The notes under the pieces were generated by a model that ran no database searches, was not told where the DNA came from, and worked only from the letters and a program-made list of their open reading frames with translations. This document shows, piece by piece, positions 1-9,938 of a DNA stretch of 64,000 nucleotides. The stretch's first letter is position 1, and every line of letters starts with the position of its first letter. Location: the NCBI GenBank assembly GCA_035294645.1, contig DATGKN010000119.1:8972-72971 (forward strand), given 5' to 3'. The position numbers and the translations under genes are program-made. The DNA comes from Chloroflexota bacterium (GTDB lineage: Bacteria; Chloroflexota; UBA6077; JAJPHF01).

Positions 1-35
1 CATGGCCCGCCGCGCCGCTCGCCGGGCCGGCCGGG

Positions 36-1511
36 TCACTCGCCGCTGTCCGCGGCGGCCCACGTTGCAAACTGTTCCCGCAGGGCCTGGTCGAAACCCG
101 CCAGTGTGGCCCCACCGGTGACCACGGCGAACGCGGCCGGCGTCGGCACCCCGGCGCGCTGCGCGTGCAGGAGAGCGAACACGGCCGCAGGCCCGAACCG
201 CTGCGCGAATAGCGCTGCCGCATAGTACGCCTGGCCGTAGGCGCGATCGGCCGCTCCGACCCCGAGGCGGTCCCAGTCGCTGAAGCGCTCCAGCGCGGAC
301 AGCGGCAGCAGACGGCCTTCCGCAGCCGCCTGGGCCACCACCCGGGCACGCTGCTGCCGGCGGACCGCTACGCTCTGCGGCGCGACCACGGACAGCACCT
401 CGCCCGCGACATACTCGGCCTGCCCCTCGATCAGCCAAGCGATAGCCTGGGGGAACACGTCGTCGAGGCCCGCGGCCGCCTGAGCCAGGTGCACCGCCTC
501 GTGCGTCAGGTTCCACAGCAGCTCGTAGTCGTTCAGCGCGATGTGCAGGTGCTGCGCCCAACCGCCCTCGGCCGTGCGTACCCCCTGCCGTAAAGCGCGG
601 CTCACGCCCGGCCCACGGTACTGCCCCCCCACGGCCTGTTCTAGATCCCACTCGGACTTGTAGATCACCAGCCGCAGCGGCCCGTGGTACCCTCCGCCCG
701 TGGCCGCCTCCACGGCCGCCAGTTGGGCTTCTAGCAGCCGCGCCAAGCTGAGGGCCACAGACGGCTCCACGCCGTCGTCGCGTTGGAACTCCACGGTCCA
801 CTCGCCCAGAGCGAAGCGGGCGAAGCCATCGCCCCCATCCTGCACACTGGGCATATCGCCAGCCGGGGGCACGACGCGCAGCAGATCGAGGGTGAGCTGC
901 GCCGCGCGGGCGTTGGTCGGGTCGGAGAACGCCACAACCTCCTCCGCCCGCGCGGCGGCCTCGGCGAACTCCCCCCGCGCCAGCAACACCCGCGCCAGCA
1001 CCAGCCGCGCGGCCCCCGCGTTCTCCGCGGGCAGCGCGGGCGCCGCCAGCGCACGCTGGGCATCGCTCAGGGCTTCGGCATAGCGGCCCAGCTCCAAGCC
1101 GACCAGCGCGCGGAGCGTGCGCGCCGACTCCTCGTCGGCAGCACGCGTCAGCACGTGATCGAGATCGGCGAGCGCGGCCTGGGGCTGGCCAGCGCGATAG
1201 TAGGCCAGCGCGCGCACCAGGCGCGGCGCGAGCCACTCTGGCTCGCGGGCCAGCTGTGCCGAGGCCAGCGCGATCGCCTCACCGTAGCGCCCCGCGCGCA
1301 CGCTCTCCAGGGCGTCGGGCTCGGCCGCACGGACCGGCGGCATCGCCCCGCTCGGCGGCAGGAGCACCAAGCCGGCGACCACTAGCCCCAACGCGCCCAG
1401 GCGGCCAACCAGCGCTCGCCACCGGCCACCCACTCGGCGCCATGGAGCGCGCCCTCGGGCCACGGGCGGTGTAGACTCCACGCTGCCGTCTCCGCTCGTC
1501 TGCACGGCCAT
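36..1511 (-). CDS. TPR-repeat protein with a C-terminal HExxH (peptidase MA-like) motif and an N-terminal membrane anchor
   Basis: TPR-like repeats (ALAYYRAGQPQAALADLD...). HEAVH zinc-binding motif (WNLTHEAVHLAQ). Hydrophobic segment ALGLVVAGLVLL near the N-terminus. Start set at the internal Met (MAVQTSG); the track ORF extends to 1616 from a TTG. Confidence 0.55.
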   Translation of the reverse strand: MAVQTSGDGSVESTPPVARGRAPWRRVGGRWRALVGRLGALGLVVAGLVLLPPSGAMPPVRAAEPDALESVRAGRYGEAIALASAQLAREPEWLAPRLVRALAYYRAGQPQAALADLDHVLTRAADEESARTLRALVGLELGRYAEALSDAQRALAAPALPAENAGAARLVLARVLLARGEFAEAAARAEEVVAFSDPTNARAAQLTLDLLRVVPPAGDMPSVQDGGDGFARFALGEWTVEFQRDDGVEPSVALSLARLLEAQLAAVEAATGGGYHGPLRLVIYKSEWDLEQAVGGQYRGPGVSRALRQGVRTAEGGWAQHLHIALNDYELLWNLTHEAVHLAQAAAGLDDVFPQAIAWLIEGQAEYVAGEVLSVVAPQSVAVRRQQRARVVAQAAAEGRLLPLSALERFSDWDRLGVGAADRAYGQAYYAAALFAQRFGPAAVFALLHAQRAGVPTPAAFAVVTGGATLAGFDQALREQFATWAAADSGE

Positions 1512-1714
1512 CGTGCGCCGCTGCCGAGCAGCTGTCAAGTCCCGCTCACACCCTTGTGCCGCGTGGCCAGGGCAACAGCGCTTCTCGCGGCGCGACGGCC
1601 CCGGCCGCTCGTGCAATGTGCCTAACCGCCCGAAACGGTTTTCGTGTCGGCTGCCCGATGAAGGGCGCGCGAGGCGAGGGCTAGCCTAGGGGCGGAAGCG
1701 GGAAGGAGGTGGCC

Positions 1715-2959
<1,245 letters not shown>

Positions 2960-2980
2960 CCCACGGGAGGGAAACGCACG

Positions 2981-3112
2981 ATGGACACGGTGCTGCTGTT
3001 CATCTCGCTGGTCGCGTTCGCGGCGCTGGTCGTCGGCTGGATGATGCTGCCGGCGCAGGTACCCGGCGCCAGCGAGGCAGCCACGTCGGCCCCCGCCATG
3101 CACGCAGCGTAA
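2981..3112 (+). CDS. Small (43 aa) hydrophobic single-TM peptide, function unknown
   Basis: MDTVLLFISLVAFAALVVGWMMLPAQVPG...; GGGAGGG RBS before the ATG. Lies between the amtB stop and a strong hairpin. Below the ORF-track length cut-off. Confidence 0.4.
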   Translation: MDTVLLFISLVAFAALVVGWMMLPAQVPGASEAATSAPAMHAA

Positions 3113-3129
3113 ACCGCGTCGATCCGCAC

Positions 3130-3164
3130 GGCGGCGCTCCCGGCAGGCGGTCGGGAGCGCCGCC
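3130..3164. terminator. Bidirectional hairpin terminator between convergent amtB operon and MidA-like gene
   Basis: Perfect 13-bp inverted repeat GGCGGCGCTCCCG-(9 nt)-CGGGAGCGCCGCC in a convergent intergenic gap. Confidence 0.55.
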
Positions 3165-3175
3165 GTGCACGCTGC

Positions 3176-4471
3176 TCAGCCCCTTCCCGGCGACGGCCAG
3201 CGGTCCCAGCCCAGCCGCGGGCGCTCCGGTGCCAGCGGGGGCGGGATAGCGAGCGGCGCGGCCTGCTCGTCCAGCCCGTGAAGCGGCTGCGCGCCTAGCT
3301 CGCGGCCGAAGCCCACCACCCACAGCCGCCCCAGCCCGCCCGGGTTCGTCAGCGTGTCCAGTGCGGCCAGCTCGCCGCGCTCGACCACCGCCGGCAGGCG
3401 CCCACCGCGCACGGTTTCTCGCCACGTGTCGAGCCCCAGCCGCCGCAGGAAGTCGGCCTGGCGCGCGAGGCCCAGCGGCGCGAGGCCCGCGGCGCGGCCC
3501 TCCAGCAAGAGGCTGGTCAGGTCGACCTGGCTGGTCAGATCCTGGCGGCCCACGCGCGCGTAGAGATTCTCGCTCAGCGCGTGCCGGGAGTAGCCGCGCA
3601 GGGTGCCGCGGGGATAGCGCGCCGAGTACAGCACCTCCGCCGGGTGCCCGTAGTCGATCAGCAGCAGGGCGCCCCGCCGCAGGCGCGCTGCCTGCGCTCG
3701 CAGCCAGGCCAGCGCCGCGAGGTTCACCTCGGCCAGGTGGTCGTCCGGGGGGCGCAAGCCGAGGCGCGCGAAGTAGGCGGCCAGCGCCGGGGTCGAGGGC
3801 GGGCCGTCGATCTCGGCGAAGCCGGCGTCCGCCAGCGTCACATAGCGCTCGTACAGCCCCCCCTGCCGCCACACCACACGATGGACAGGGAAAGCGTCGA
3901 GCAGCTCGTTGGCCAGCAGCACGCCCTCCAGCGCGGGAGGCAGCGGCGCCAGGCCGCCGGCCGCGGCCGCCTCCGGCGCGACCCACTCCACCTGCGCGCT
4001 CCACGGGCGCAGCTGGCGCTGCTGCCAGCGCCGGAGTGCGGCGCTGCGCTCTACCAGCCGGTAGCGTACGGCCGCGGCGAAAGCAGGAGCCTCGGCCTGC
4101 GCGGCGGTGAGGAAGTCGTGCGCCAGCCGCCCGCTGCCGCCGCCCCACTCCTCGACCACGAACGGGGCGGGCCGCTCCAACCGCTCCCACACCTCACGCA
4201 CCTGCCGCGCCAGCAGCGCGCCGAACGCCGCGTGCACCTCGGGGCTGGTGTAGAAGTCGCCGTGGGCGCCGGGCGGGGCCTGCAGGGCGCTATAGTAGCC
4301 CAGCGTGGGATGATAGAGCACCTGCTCCAGATAGGCCGCCACCGTGAGCGGCCCTTGCGCGCGAATGGCGGCGCGCAGGGCGGCGACCAGCCGTGGCCGG
4401 CTCTCTGTCCGCGCGTGGGTGCCGCTACGCCTCGACCTCGAAGATGCCTTCAATCTCGACCGCCATCCCAT
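3176..4471 (-). CDS. MidA/NDUFAF7-family SAM-dependent methyltransferase (DUF185)
   Basis: Conserved LEQVLYHPTLGYYS...GDFYTSPEVHAAFGALLARQ...VVEWGGGSG motifs. ATG start overlaps the upstream ridA 3' end by about 47 nt, so the start is uncertain. Confidence 0.75.
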   Translation of the reverse strand: MGWRSRLKASSRSRRSGTHARTESRPRLVAALRAAIRAQGPLTVAAYLEQVLYHPTLGYYSALQAPPGAHGDFYTSPEVHAAFGALLARQVREVWERLERPAPFVVEEWGGGSGRLAHDFLTAAQAEAPAFAAAVRYRLVERSAALRRWQQRQLRPWSAQVEWVAPEAAAAGGLAPLPPALEGVLLANELLDAFPVHRVVWRQGGLYERYVTLADAGFAEIDGPPSTPALAAYFARLGLRPPDDHLAEVNLAALAWLRAQAARLRRGALLLIDYGHPAEVLYSARYPRGTLRGYSRHALSENLYARVGRQDLTSQVDLTSLLLEGRAAGLAPLGLARQADFLRRLGLDTWRETVRGGRLPAVVERGELAALDTLTNPGGLGRLWVVGFGRELGAQPLHGLDEQAAPLAIPPPLAPERPRLGWDRWPSPGRG

Positions 4472-4886
4472 TGGGCAGCGCCTGCATGCCCACCGCCGAG
4501 CGGGCGTGCCGGCCCGCGTCGCCCCATAGGGCGATCAGCAGCTCCGAGCAGCCATTGATCACCTGCGGCGTCTGAGTGAACTCCTCGGTGCAGTTGACCA
4601 TGCCCAGCAGCTTGACCACGCGGCGCACCTTCGCCAGGTCGCCCAGCACCAGCTTGATGCTGGCCAGCATGTTCAGCGCTGTCAGCCGCGCGGCCTCTTG
4701 GCCCTGCTCGATGGTCCACTCGCGGCCCACCTTGCCGATGAACTGCACCTTGCCATCCTTGACCGGACCGTGGCCCGAGACGAACAGCAGGTTGCCCACC
4801 TGCACCGCTGGCACGTACAGTGCCGCCGGTGGGAACGGGGCAGGCAGCTCGAGTCCCAGCGCGCGCAGCTTCTCCTCGGGATGCAT
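4425..4886 (-). CDS. ridA: RidA/YjgF family reactive-intermediate deaminase
   Basis: LPAPFPPAALYVPAVQVGNLLFVSGHGP...ALPNGMAVEIEGIFEV, typical RidA. Confidence 0.85.
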   Translation of the reverse strand: MHPEEKLRALGLELPAPFPPAALYVPAVQVGNLLFVSGHGPVKDGKVQFIGKVGREWTIEQGQEAARLTALNMLASIKLVLGDLAKVRRVVKLLGMVNCTEEFTQTPQVINGCSELLIALWGDAGRHARSAVGMQALPNGMAVEIEGIFEVEA

Positions 4887-4926
4887 ACGCTCTCCTCAAC
4901 ATGGTGTGGCTAGCCGGCCGCACGGC

Positions 4927-6090
4927 TCACTCGTCCTGCGGGCGACCGAATAGGCTCCCGATAGTGAACCGCGGCGTGGGCCGCTCGGGTGGGGGCGCTG
5001 GCGCGGGGGCCTCGCCCGCCGCCGGGAACACCGCGGCGGGGTCGCCCGCACGCTCGGCCTCGGCTAACAGCTCCTCGAGCTGGCCCGCCATGTACAGGTC
5101 GTGGGCGTGGATGCGGGCCAGCACTACCCGCGCCTCCTCATCCTCGATGGCGTCCTTCTCCTCGCCGTAGTGCGCGGCCAGCTCGCGCTGGCGGGCGATG
5201 CCCGCGCGTAGGACGTAGGCGGCGTCGCGCGTGCGGTCGATGTCGTCGTGGCGGGTGGTCACCTCGCCGCCCAGGTCGCTGACCCGCTCGGCCAGCCAGC
5301 CCCAGTGCTTCATGTGCCACTGGGCGATGTCCAGTTGCAGCTCCTTGCCCAGCCGGTTCGCCTTGTGGACGAACGACTGGAAGAGATACTGCAACACCGT
5401 GGTGTACTCTTTGGCGATATCGTTGTTGAGCGCGGCAATGAGCTGCTCGTGGCCCGGCGGCAGCGCCATGCGCGCGGGCTCCTTGACGTAGATCACCTCG
5501 TTGGTAGCTCGGCCGCTGTAGGCACCGAAGGCCTCGGGCCGCGCGGCCGCCTCGCGCTGCGTCTCGGCGCTGGCCGGCTGCTGGATGTCATCCCGCGCCG
5601 CGCGGCGGCCGCTGAAGGGGCCGATATCTGGCCGCGGGGTGGGCGCGTCGGGGTCGCCGCCGAACTCGCTGACGAAGCCGCGGAACAGCTCGCGGTGCGC
5701 CCGCTCGTCGACCAGGATGCGCTCGAGCACGCGCTGGATACGGCGGTCGTCGATGTTGCGCAGGTGCTCCAGGTACATGGCGATGGCGCGGTCCTCGGCG
5801 TCGACATCCAGCAGCATCAGGTCGGCCGGCGGCGAGCCGTTGACGTAGATCACATCGCGCTCGATGGTCGGGTCGGAGCCGAGGTCGACCACCAGCTCGG
5901 CCAGCCAGCGGAAATGGCGCATCTCGTCGCGGGCGATCTCCTCCACCTCGCAGGGGATGTCGTTGCCCGTGTCGCCCATGCGCCAGACGTGCTGGAGATA
6001 CTGGAGGATCGCCGCATGCTCGCCCGCGAGGTCATCCTGGAGCATGCGTACCACTGCGTCCCGCTCGCGCGCGTTCACCTTGCCTCCCAC
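4927..6090 (-). CDS. Tandem two-domain ferritin-like (bacterioferritin/rubrerythrin-like) protein
   Basis: Two repeated ferritin-like four-helix units (EHAAILQYLQH...DEMRHFRWL and EYTTVLQYL...KHWGWLAERV...ARIHAHDLYMAG). GTG start. Confidence 0.6.
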   Translation of the reverse strand: MGGKVNARERDAVVRMLQDDLAGEHAAILQYLQHVWRMGDTGNDIPCEVEEIARDEMRHFRWLAELVVDLGSDPTIERDVIYVNGSPPADLMLLDVDAEDRAIAMYLEHLRNIDDRRIQRVLERILVDERAHRELFRGFVSEFGGDPDAPTPRPDIGPFSGRRAARDDIQQPASAETQREAAARPEAFGAYSGRATNEVIYVKEPARMALPPGHEQLIAALNNDIAKEYTTVLQYLFQSFVHKANRLGKELQLDIAQWHMKHWGWLAERVSDLGGEVTTRHDDIDRTRDAAYVLRAGIARQRELAAHYGEEKDAIEDEEARVVLARIHAHDLYMAGQLEELLAEAERAGDPAAVFPAAGEAPAPAPPPERPTPRFTIGSLFGRPQDE

Positions 6091-6149
6091 GGCGCTCTCG
6101 CGCCCCGTGCCGTCGTCGTGGGCATTCTACGTGGCCGCGGCCCCGCACA

Positions 6150-6183
6150 GCTAGCGGCGTCGGCTGCCCGCATTGCTTATAAT
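6150..6183 (+). promoter_or_regulatory. Candidate promoter (TATAAT -10 at about 6178-6183) for the 6295 gene in a divergent intergenic region
   Basis: cattgcTTATAATgtc in a 70% GC background, about 110 nt upstream of the GGAGGAGG-GTG start. Confidence 0.3.
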
Positions 6184-6294
6184 GTCGAGTTAGAAAGTCA
6201 ACGGCGGCCCGGCACGACGGCCACATGCCGTGGATGGTACCCTATAGATCAAGCTGCGCGGGGCTGGGCCGGCGTGCAGGTGGAGGAGGGCGTG

Positions 6295-6698
6295 TGAGCG
6301 AGGCAACACCGCCGCCTGGGAACGAGGCGCGGGGGAGCCAGGTGCCGCAGCTCGCCTTGCTGTATCGCAAGGTACTGGCGGGCGACTGCGGCGTCGCCCA
6401 AGTGTGGTTCGACCAGCGGGTGCTCGACCGCTATCGTGGGCAGGCCGGCTACCGCGTGCTACGGTCCAACAGCGCCGGGCGGCTGCGCGCGCCGGCCGGC
6501 TGGACGCTCGACTTCGGCATCGCCGATGGCGACCGGCTGATCCATGCCGCCGCTGCCGACCTGGCCCAGCGCCTGCCGCCGGCCGAGCGGCAGCACTGGC
6601 TCGAGCATGTCGTCACCCCGCCGGTGAGCCGCGTCTTTCTCACCATGCGGCTGGGCGCGGGGAGCTGCGTCGACGACGGCGAGATCCGCGACTGGTAG
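6295..6698 (+). CDS. Hypothetical protein (about 134 aa)
   Basis: GGAGGAGG RBS followed by GTG. Good GC3 codon bias. No recognisable domain (…[34 protein letters not shown]…). Confidence 0.45.
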
Positions 6699-6735
6699 AC
6701 CGTCGAGCCTGGGCAGCAAGCGAGAGGAGAGTGCC

Positions 6736-7602
6736 ATGGCCAGCGAGGGCTATGCCAACCCGGCGGCGCTGGTGACCACCGAGTGGGTGGCCCAGCACCT
6801 CAACGACCCCAAGGTACGGTTGATCGAGGTCGATGTCGACACTACCGCCTACGACCAAGGGCATATCCCGGGCGCGGTCGGGGTGAACTGGAGCACCCAG
6901 CTCACCGACCAGATCCAGCGCGACATCCCCAAGAAGGAGGCGTGGGAGCGGCTGATGAGTCAGTGCGGCGTCACGCCCGACACGAAGATCGTCTTCTACG
7001 GGGACAACAACAACTGGTTTGCCGCCTACGCCTACTGGGTGGCCAAGATGTACGGCCACGAGGACGTCGTGCTGATGAACGGCGGCCGCAAGAAGTGGGA
7101 GCTGGAGGGCCGCCCGATGACCACCGAGCGCCCCAACATCCAGCCTACCCAGTACAAGGCCAAGGACCTAGACCCCAAGTACCGCGCCTACATGCGCGAC
7201 GTCCTGCCGTTCGTGGGCGCGCCGGCGGGCAAGGCGCTGGTGGATGTACGCTCGCCGGCCGAGTACAACGGCGAGATCATCGCCCCGCCGGGCCTGCCCG
7301 AGACGGCCCAGCGCTGCGGCCACATTCCGGGCGCGGTGAACATCCCCTGGGGCCTGGCGGTCAACGAGGACGGCACGTTCAAGTCGCCCGAGGAGCTGCG
7401 CCAGCTGTACGCCAGCAAGGGCGTCACGCCGGACAAGGAGGTCATCGCCTACTGCCGTATCGGCGAGCGCTCCTCGCACACCTGGTTCGTGCTCAAGGAA
7501 CTGCTGGGCTACCCGCACGTGCGCAACTACGACGGCTCGTGGACCGAGTGGGGCAGCGTGATCGGCGTGCCGATCGAGAACCCGGCCGCAAGCAAGGCTT
7601 AA
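6736..7602 (+). CDS. sseA: Thiosulfate/3-mercaptopyruvate sulfurtransferase (tandem rhodanese domains)
   Basis: Two rhodanese domains; active-site CRIGERSSH; typical SseA N-terminus. Confidence 0.88.
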   Translation: MASEGYANPAALVTTEWVAQHLNDPKVRLIEVDVDTTAYDQGHIPGAVGVNWSTQLTDQIQRDIPKKEAWERLMSQCGVTPDTKIVFYGDNNNWFAAYAYWVAKMYGHEDVVLMNGGRKKWELEGRPMTTERPNIQPTQYKAKDLDPKYRAYMRDVLPFVGAPAGKALVDVRSPAEYNGEIIAPPGLPETAQRCGHIPGAVNIPWGLAVNEDGTFKSPEELRQLYASKGVTPDKEVIAYCRIGERSSHTWFVLKELLGYPHVRNYDGSWTEWGSVIGVPIENPAASKA

Positions 7603-7662
7603 CCGCGCGGGGCGGGCGGCCTGGCGCTGCTCGCCCCGCCGACGCTGTTGGAGGGGAGAGTC

Positions 7663-7944
7663 ATGGCCCAAGCCAGCACCGCGCCGACGCTGACGCGGCT
7701 CCAGGTGCGCATCACCCAGGAGGTGTTCCCTCCGTACCACGCGATGCACGGCACGCCCCACACCGTGGTGCAGCGGCTGTTCACCTTCGAATTCCCACAG
7801 GGCACGGCCGAGGTCGATCAGACCGACTACGGCCACCCCGGGCGGTTCAACCCCTGCCACGCGCGGCGCATCCCTACCCCGTTGCAGTCCAAGACGAACC
7901 AGATCGTGGCGGCCGCCGAGGCGCTGGCCGCGCTGCTCGACTGA
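7663..7944 (+). CDS. Small hypothetical protein (93 aa) downstream of rhodanese
   Basis: GGAGGGGAG RBS then ATG (MAQASTAPTLTRLQVRITQEVFPPYHAMHG...). No match to DUF1416/SseC or TusA that I can recognise. Confidence 0.45.
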   Translation: MAQASTAPTLTRLQVRITQEVFPPYHAMHGTPHTVVQRLFTFEFPQGTAEVDQTDYGHPGRFNPCHARRIPTPLQSKTNQIVAAAEALAALLD

Positions 7945-8054
7945 GGCACGGGCCTACCAGCGGGCCGCTCGCCTGTGGGCGGGCGGCCTGTTCTTTCGGG
8001 AGGGGACGAGCAGCCGGCTACCCGCCCGGCGCCCCCATGCCTGGGCGGATAGCG

Positions 8055-9299
8055 TCAGTGGACGCCGCACAGGAACGCGAGTGCGGCGCATGCGTGCACC
8101 TGGGCGGTGGTTAGCAGGTCATCGAGCGTGACGAACTCGTCGGGACCGCCCATGTGGTGCGCCGTCGGGCCATAAACGACGGTGGGGATGCCGGCCGCGC
8201 GGAAGTAGCGCGCGTCAGTGGCGCCGAGCCGCACCACGGGCAGCGCCGGCTCCCCGCGCACCGCCGCGCTGGCCGCCACCACCGCCCGCACGATCGGCGC
8301 GTCGGGGGGGGTGCAGTGCGGATCGAACCGCGCCAGCACTTCGACAGCGACCTCTTCGACGCGCGCCGCCGCCAGCCGCGCCTCCAGCGCCTCTAGCACC
8401 GCATCGGCCCGCAGCCCGACGGGCAGGCGGATGTCCAGCGTGGCCTCGGCCTGGTCGGCCACCAGGTTCGTGGAAGTCCCTCCCGCCAGGGTGCCGATGT
8501 TCACCGTCACGCGGTCGAGGATGGCGGGCGCCTCCTCGCCCCAGTGCATGGCCACCAGCGGGCGCTGCCGCTCCAGCACCGCCGCTACCCCCGGCGGCGT
8601 GGCGGGGACGAGCTCGCCCAGCGACTCGGCGACCATCAGAGCACGGACCAGGCGGGCCGTCGCGCTTTGGCGGGTGCCGTAGGCGGCGTGGGCCGCGCGG
8701 CCCCGGGCGCGCAGCCGCAGCCAGAGGCCCCCCTTCTCGCCGATGCCCACAGCCCAGGGGCCGCACTGGTCGCCGATCAGGCAGGCGTCGGCGGCGCGCA
8801 GGGCGGGGAGGTGGGCCAACAGCCATCGCGTACCCCAGGTGCCGCCCGCCTCCTCGTCGGAGGAGTAGCTGAAGGTCACCCGGCCGGGCGGCGGCTGCTC
8901 GGCCCAGAGCCGCGCTAGCAGCAGCGAGGCGGCGAGCCCGGCGCGCATGTCGCTGGCGCCACGCCCATACAGCCGCCCGTCGGCCAGCAGCCCGCCGAAC
9001 GGCGGCCGAGTCCAGCCCTCGCCCGCGGGGAAAGTGTCGAGATGGCTGTTGAGCAGCAGGTGCGGCCGCGCCGCTGCAGGCCCGAGCGTGGCCACGACAT
9101 TCGGGCGCTCGGGGTGCGGCGCGTGGACCTGCACGGCTAGCCCGGCCGCCGCCAGGTAGTCGGCGACGAAGGCGGCCACGGCGCGCGTGTCGCCCGGCGG
9201 GTTCTCGCTCGGGAAGCGCACGAGCCGCGCGCACAGCGCGACCAGCTCCGCCTGCCGGGCCGCGACAGCGGCCCGCAGATGCGCGTAGCACGGCTCCAT
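8055..9299 (-). CDS. M20 family metallopeptidase (ArgE/DapE-like deacylase)
   Basis: Typical M20 features: NSHLDTF, GRGASDMRAGLAA, SSDEEAGG, C-terminal dimerisation region. Start at the internal ATG (MEPCYAHL) with a GGGAGGGAG RBS. The longer track ORF (to 9857) is an upstream extension. Confidence 0.85.
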   Translation of the reverse strand: MEPCYAHLRAAVAARQAELVALCARLVRFPSENPPGDTRAVAAFVADYLAAAGLAVQVHAPHPERPNVVATLGPAAARPHLLLNSHLDTFPAGEGWTRPPFGGLLADGRLYGRGASDMRAGLAASLLLARLWAEQPPPGRVTFSYSSDEEAGGTWGTRWLLAHLPALRAADACLIGDQCGPWAVGIGEKGGLWLRLRARGRAAHAAYGTRQSATARLVRALMVAESLGELVPATPPGVAAVLERQRPLVAMHWGEEAPAILDRVTVNIGTLAGGTSTNLVADQAEATLDIRLPVGLRADAVLEALEARLAAARVEEVAVEVLARFDPHCTPPDAPIVRAVVAASAAVRGEPALPVVRLGATDARYFRAAGIPTVVYGPTAHHMGGPDEFVTLDDLLTTAQVHACAALAFLCGVH

Positions 9300-9436
9300 C
9301 CAAGCTCCCTCCCGCGCCGCGAACCCGGCTGTCCAGGGTATACAAAGTCGTGAGCAGTGGCGGCCAGCGTCCACGGTGTCATACATAATTTTGCCGAGAG
9401 TACGGTCGTCGTGGTGGTAAGCGCGCCGGTTGTCGA

Positions 9437-9465
9437 TTGACATGAAAAGAGGCGCCACGTATAAT
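9437..9465 (+). promoter_or_regulatory. Perfect sigma70 consensus promoter (TTGACA-N17-TATAAT)
   Basis: ttgaca at about 9437-9442, a 17-nt spacer, tataat at about 9460-9465. Sits in a 70% GC genome, immediately downstream of an AT-rich patch (catacataatttt, about 9378-9395). Confidence 0.7.
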
Positions 9466-9579
9466 CCCCCCATACCCGGGAGGGCCGCGGGGGTCCCTCG
9501 CGGGACAGACGCGGGATGGTCGAGCGGAGGGAGCATGCGCGCGGCGGCTCGCCTGGTGGCGCCCGGCGCGCCGTGGGAC

Positions 9580-9608
9580 GCCCTGTGCGGTGCACAGCGG
9601 CGTTTTTT
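9580..9608 (+). terminator. Intrinsic terminator/attenuator hairpin closing a ~135-nt leader
   Basis: CTGTGC-ggt-GCACAG stem followed by cggcgTTTTTT. Lies about 135 nt downstream of the consensus promoter and about 65 nt upstream of the SWIM gene start. Confidence 0.55.
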
Positions 9609-9671
9609 AGTTCCCTGCTCGGCCCGGGATGGCGCCCTGCAGGCAGGGCACTGCAAGCGGAGGTGGACGGC

Positions 9672-9938
9672 ATGCAGTCGAGCCTGATCGGCAAGATCCA
9701 GAAGGCCATCGTGTACGCGCGCGAGCCCGAGCGGGTCCGCTTCTCTCAATTCACGGCCACCTTCCGCGGTGAGCACGACTCGTACACGGTGCGCTTCGAC
9801 GGCAGCCGCTGGTCCTGCACCTGCGCCTTCTTCCCCGCTTGGGGCCTCTGCTCGCACACCATGGCCATCGAGAAGATGCTGGCTGCCATGCTGCCACAGG
9901 AGGCCCGCCAGTCGATGCCGGCGCCCGCCACGGTCTGA
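9672..9938 (+). CDS. Small SWIM zinc-finger protein (88 aa)
   Basis: C-x-C-x9-C-x-H signature (CTCAFFPAWGLCSH). GGAGGTGGA RBS before the ATG. The track ORF from 9516 is an in-frame upstream extension through the terminator. Confidence 0.6.
   Translation: MQSSLIGKIQKAIVYAREPERVRFSQFTATFRGEHDSYTVRFDGSRWSCTCAFFPAWGLCSHTMAIEKMLAAMLPQEARQSMPAPATV

Noticed and set aside
7648-7944. SseC/DUF1416 or TusA-like sulfur-carrier identity for the small gene after rhodanese
   Set aside because: The sequence lacks the CPxP motif of TusA and does not resemble the DUF1416 sequences I recall. It is left as hypothetical.
9437-9610. Cobalamin (B12) riboswitch upstream of cobS genes
   Set aside because: The leader is only about 135 nt and lacks the conserved B12-box (GCCACUG-like) and the multi-stem architecture, so it is reported only as an unclassified terminated leader.
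9516-9671. N-terminal extension of the SWIM protein (track ORF starting at 9516)
   Set aside because: The extension runs through the hairpin and T6 terminator and has no RBS. The ATG at 9672 has a GGAGGTGGA RBS and is taken as the real start.
8055-9857. 600-aa version of the M20 peptidase ORF
   Set aside because: The N-terminal 186 residues are low complexity (R/A/G/P/H-rich) and extend across the divergent promoter region. The internal ATG at 9299 has a strong RBS and yields a canonical 414-aa M20 enzyme.
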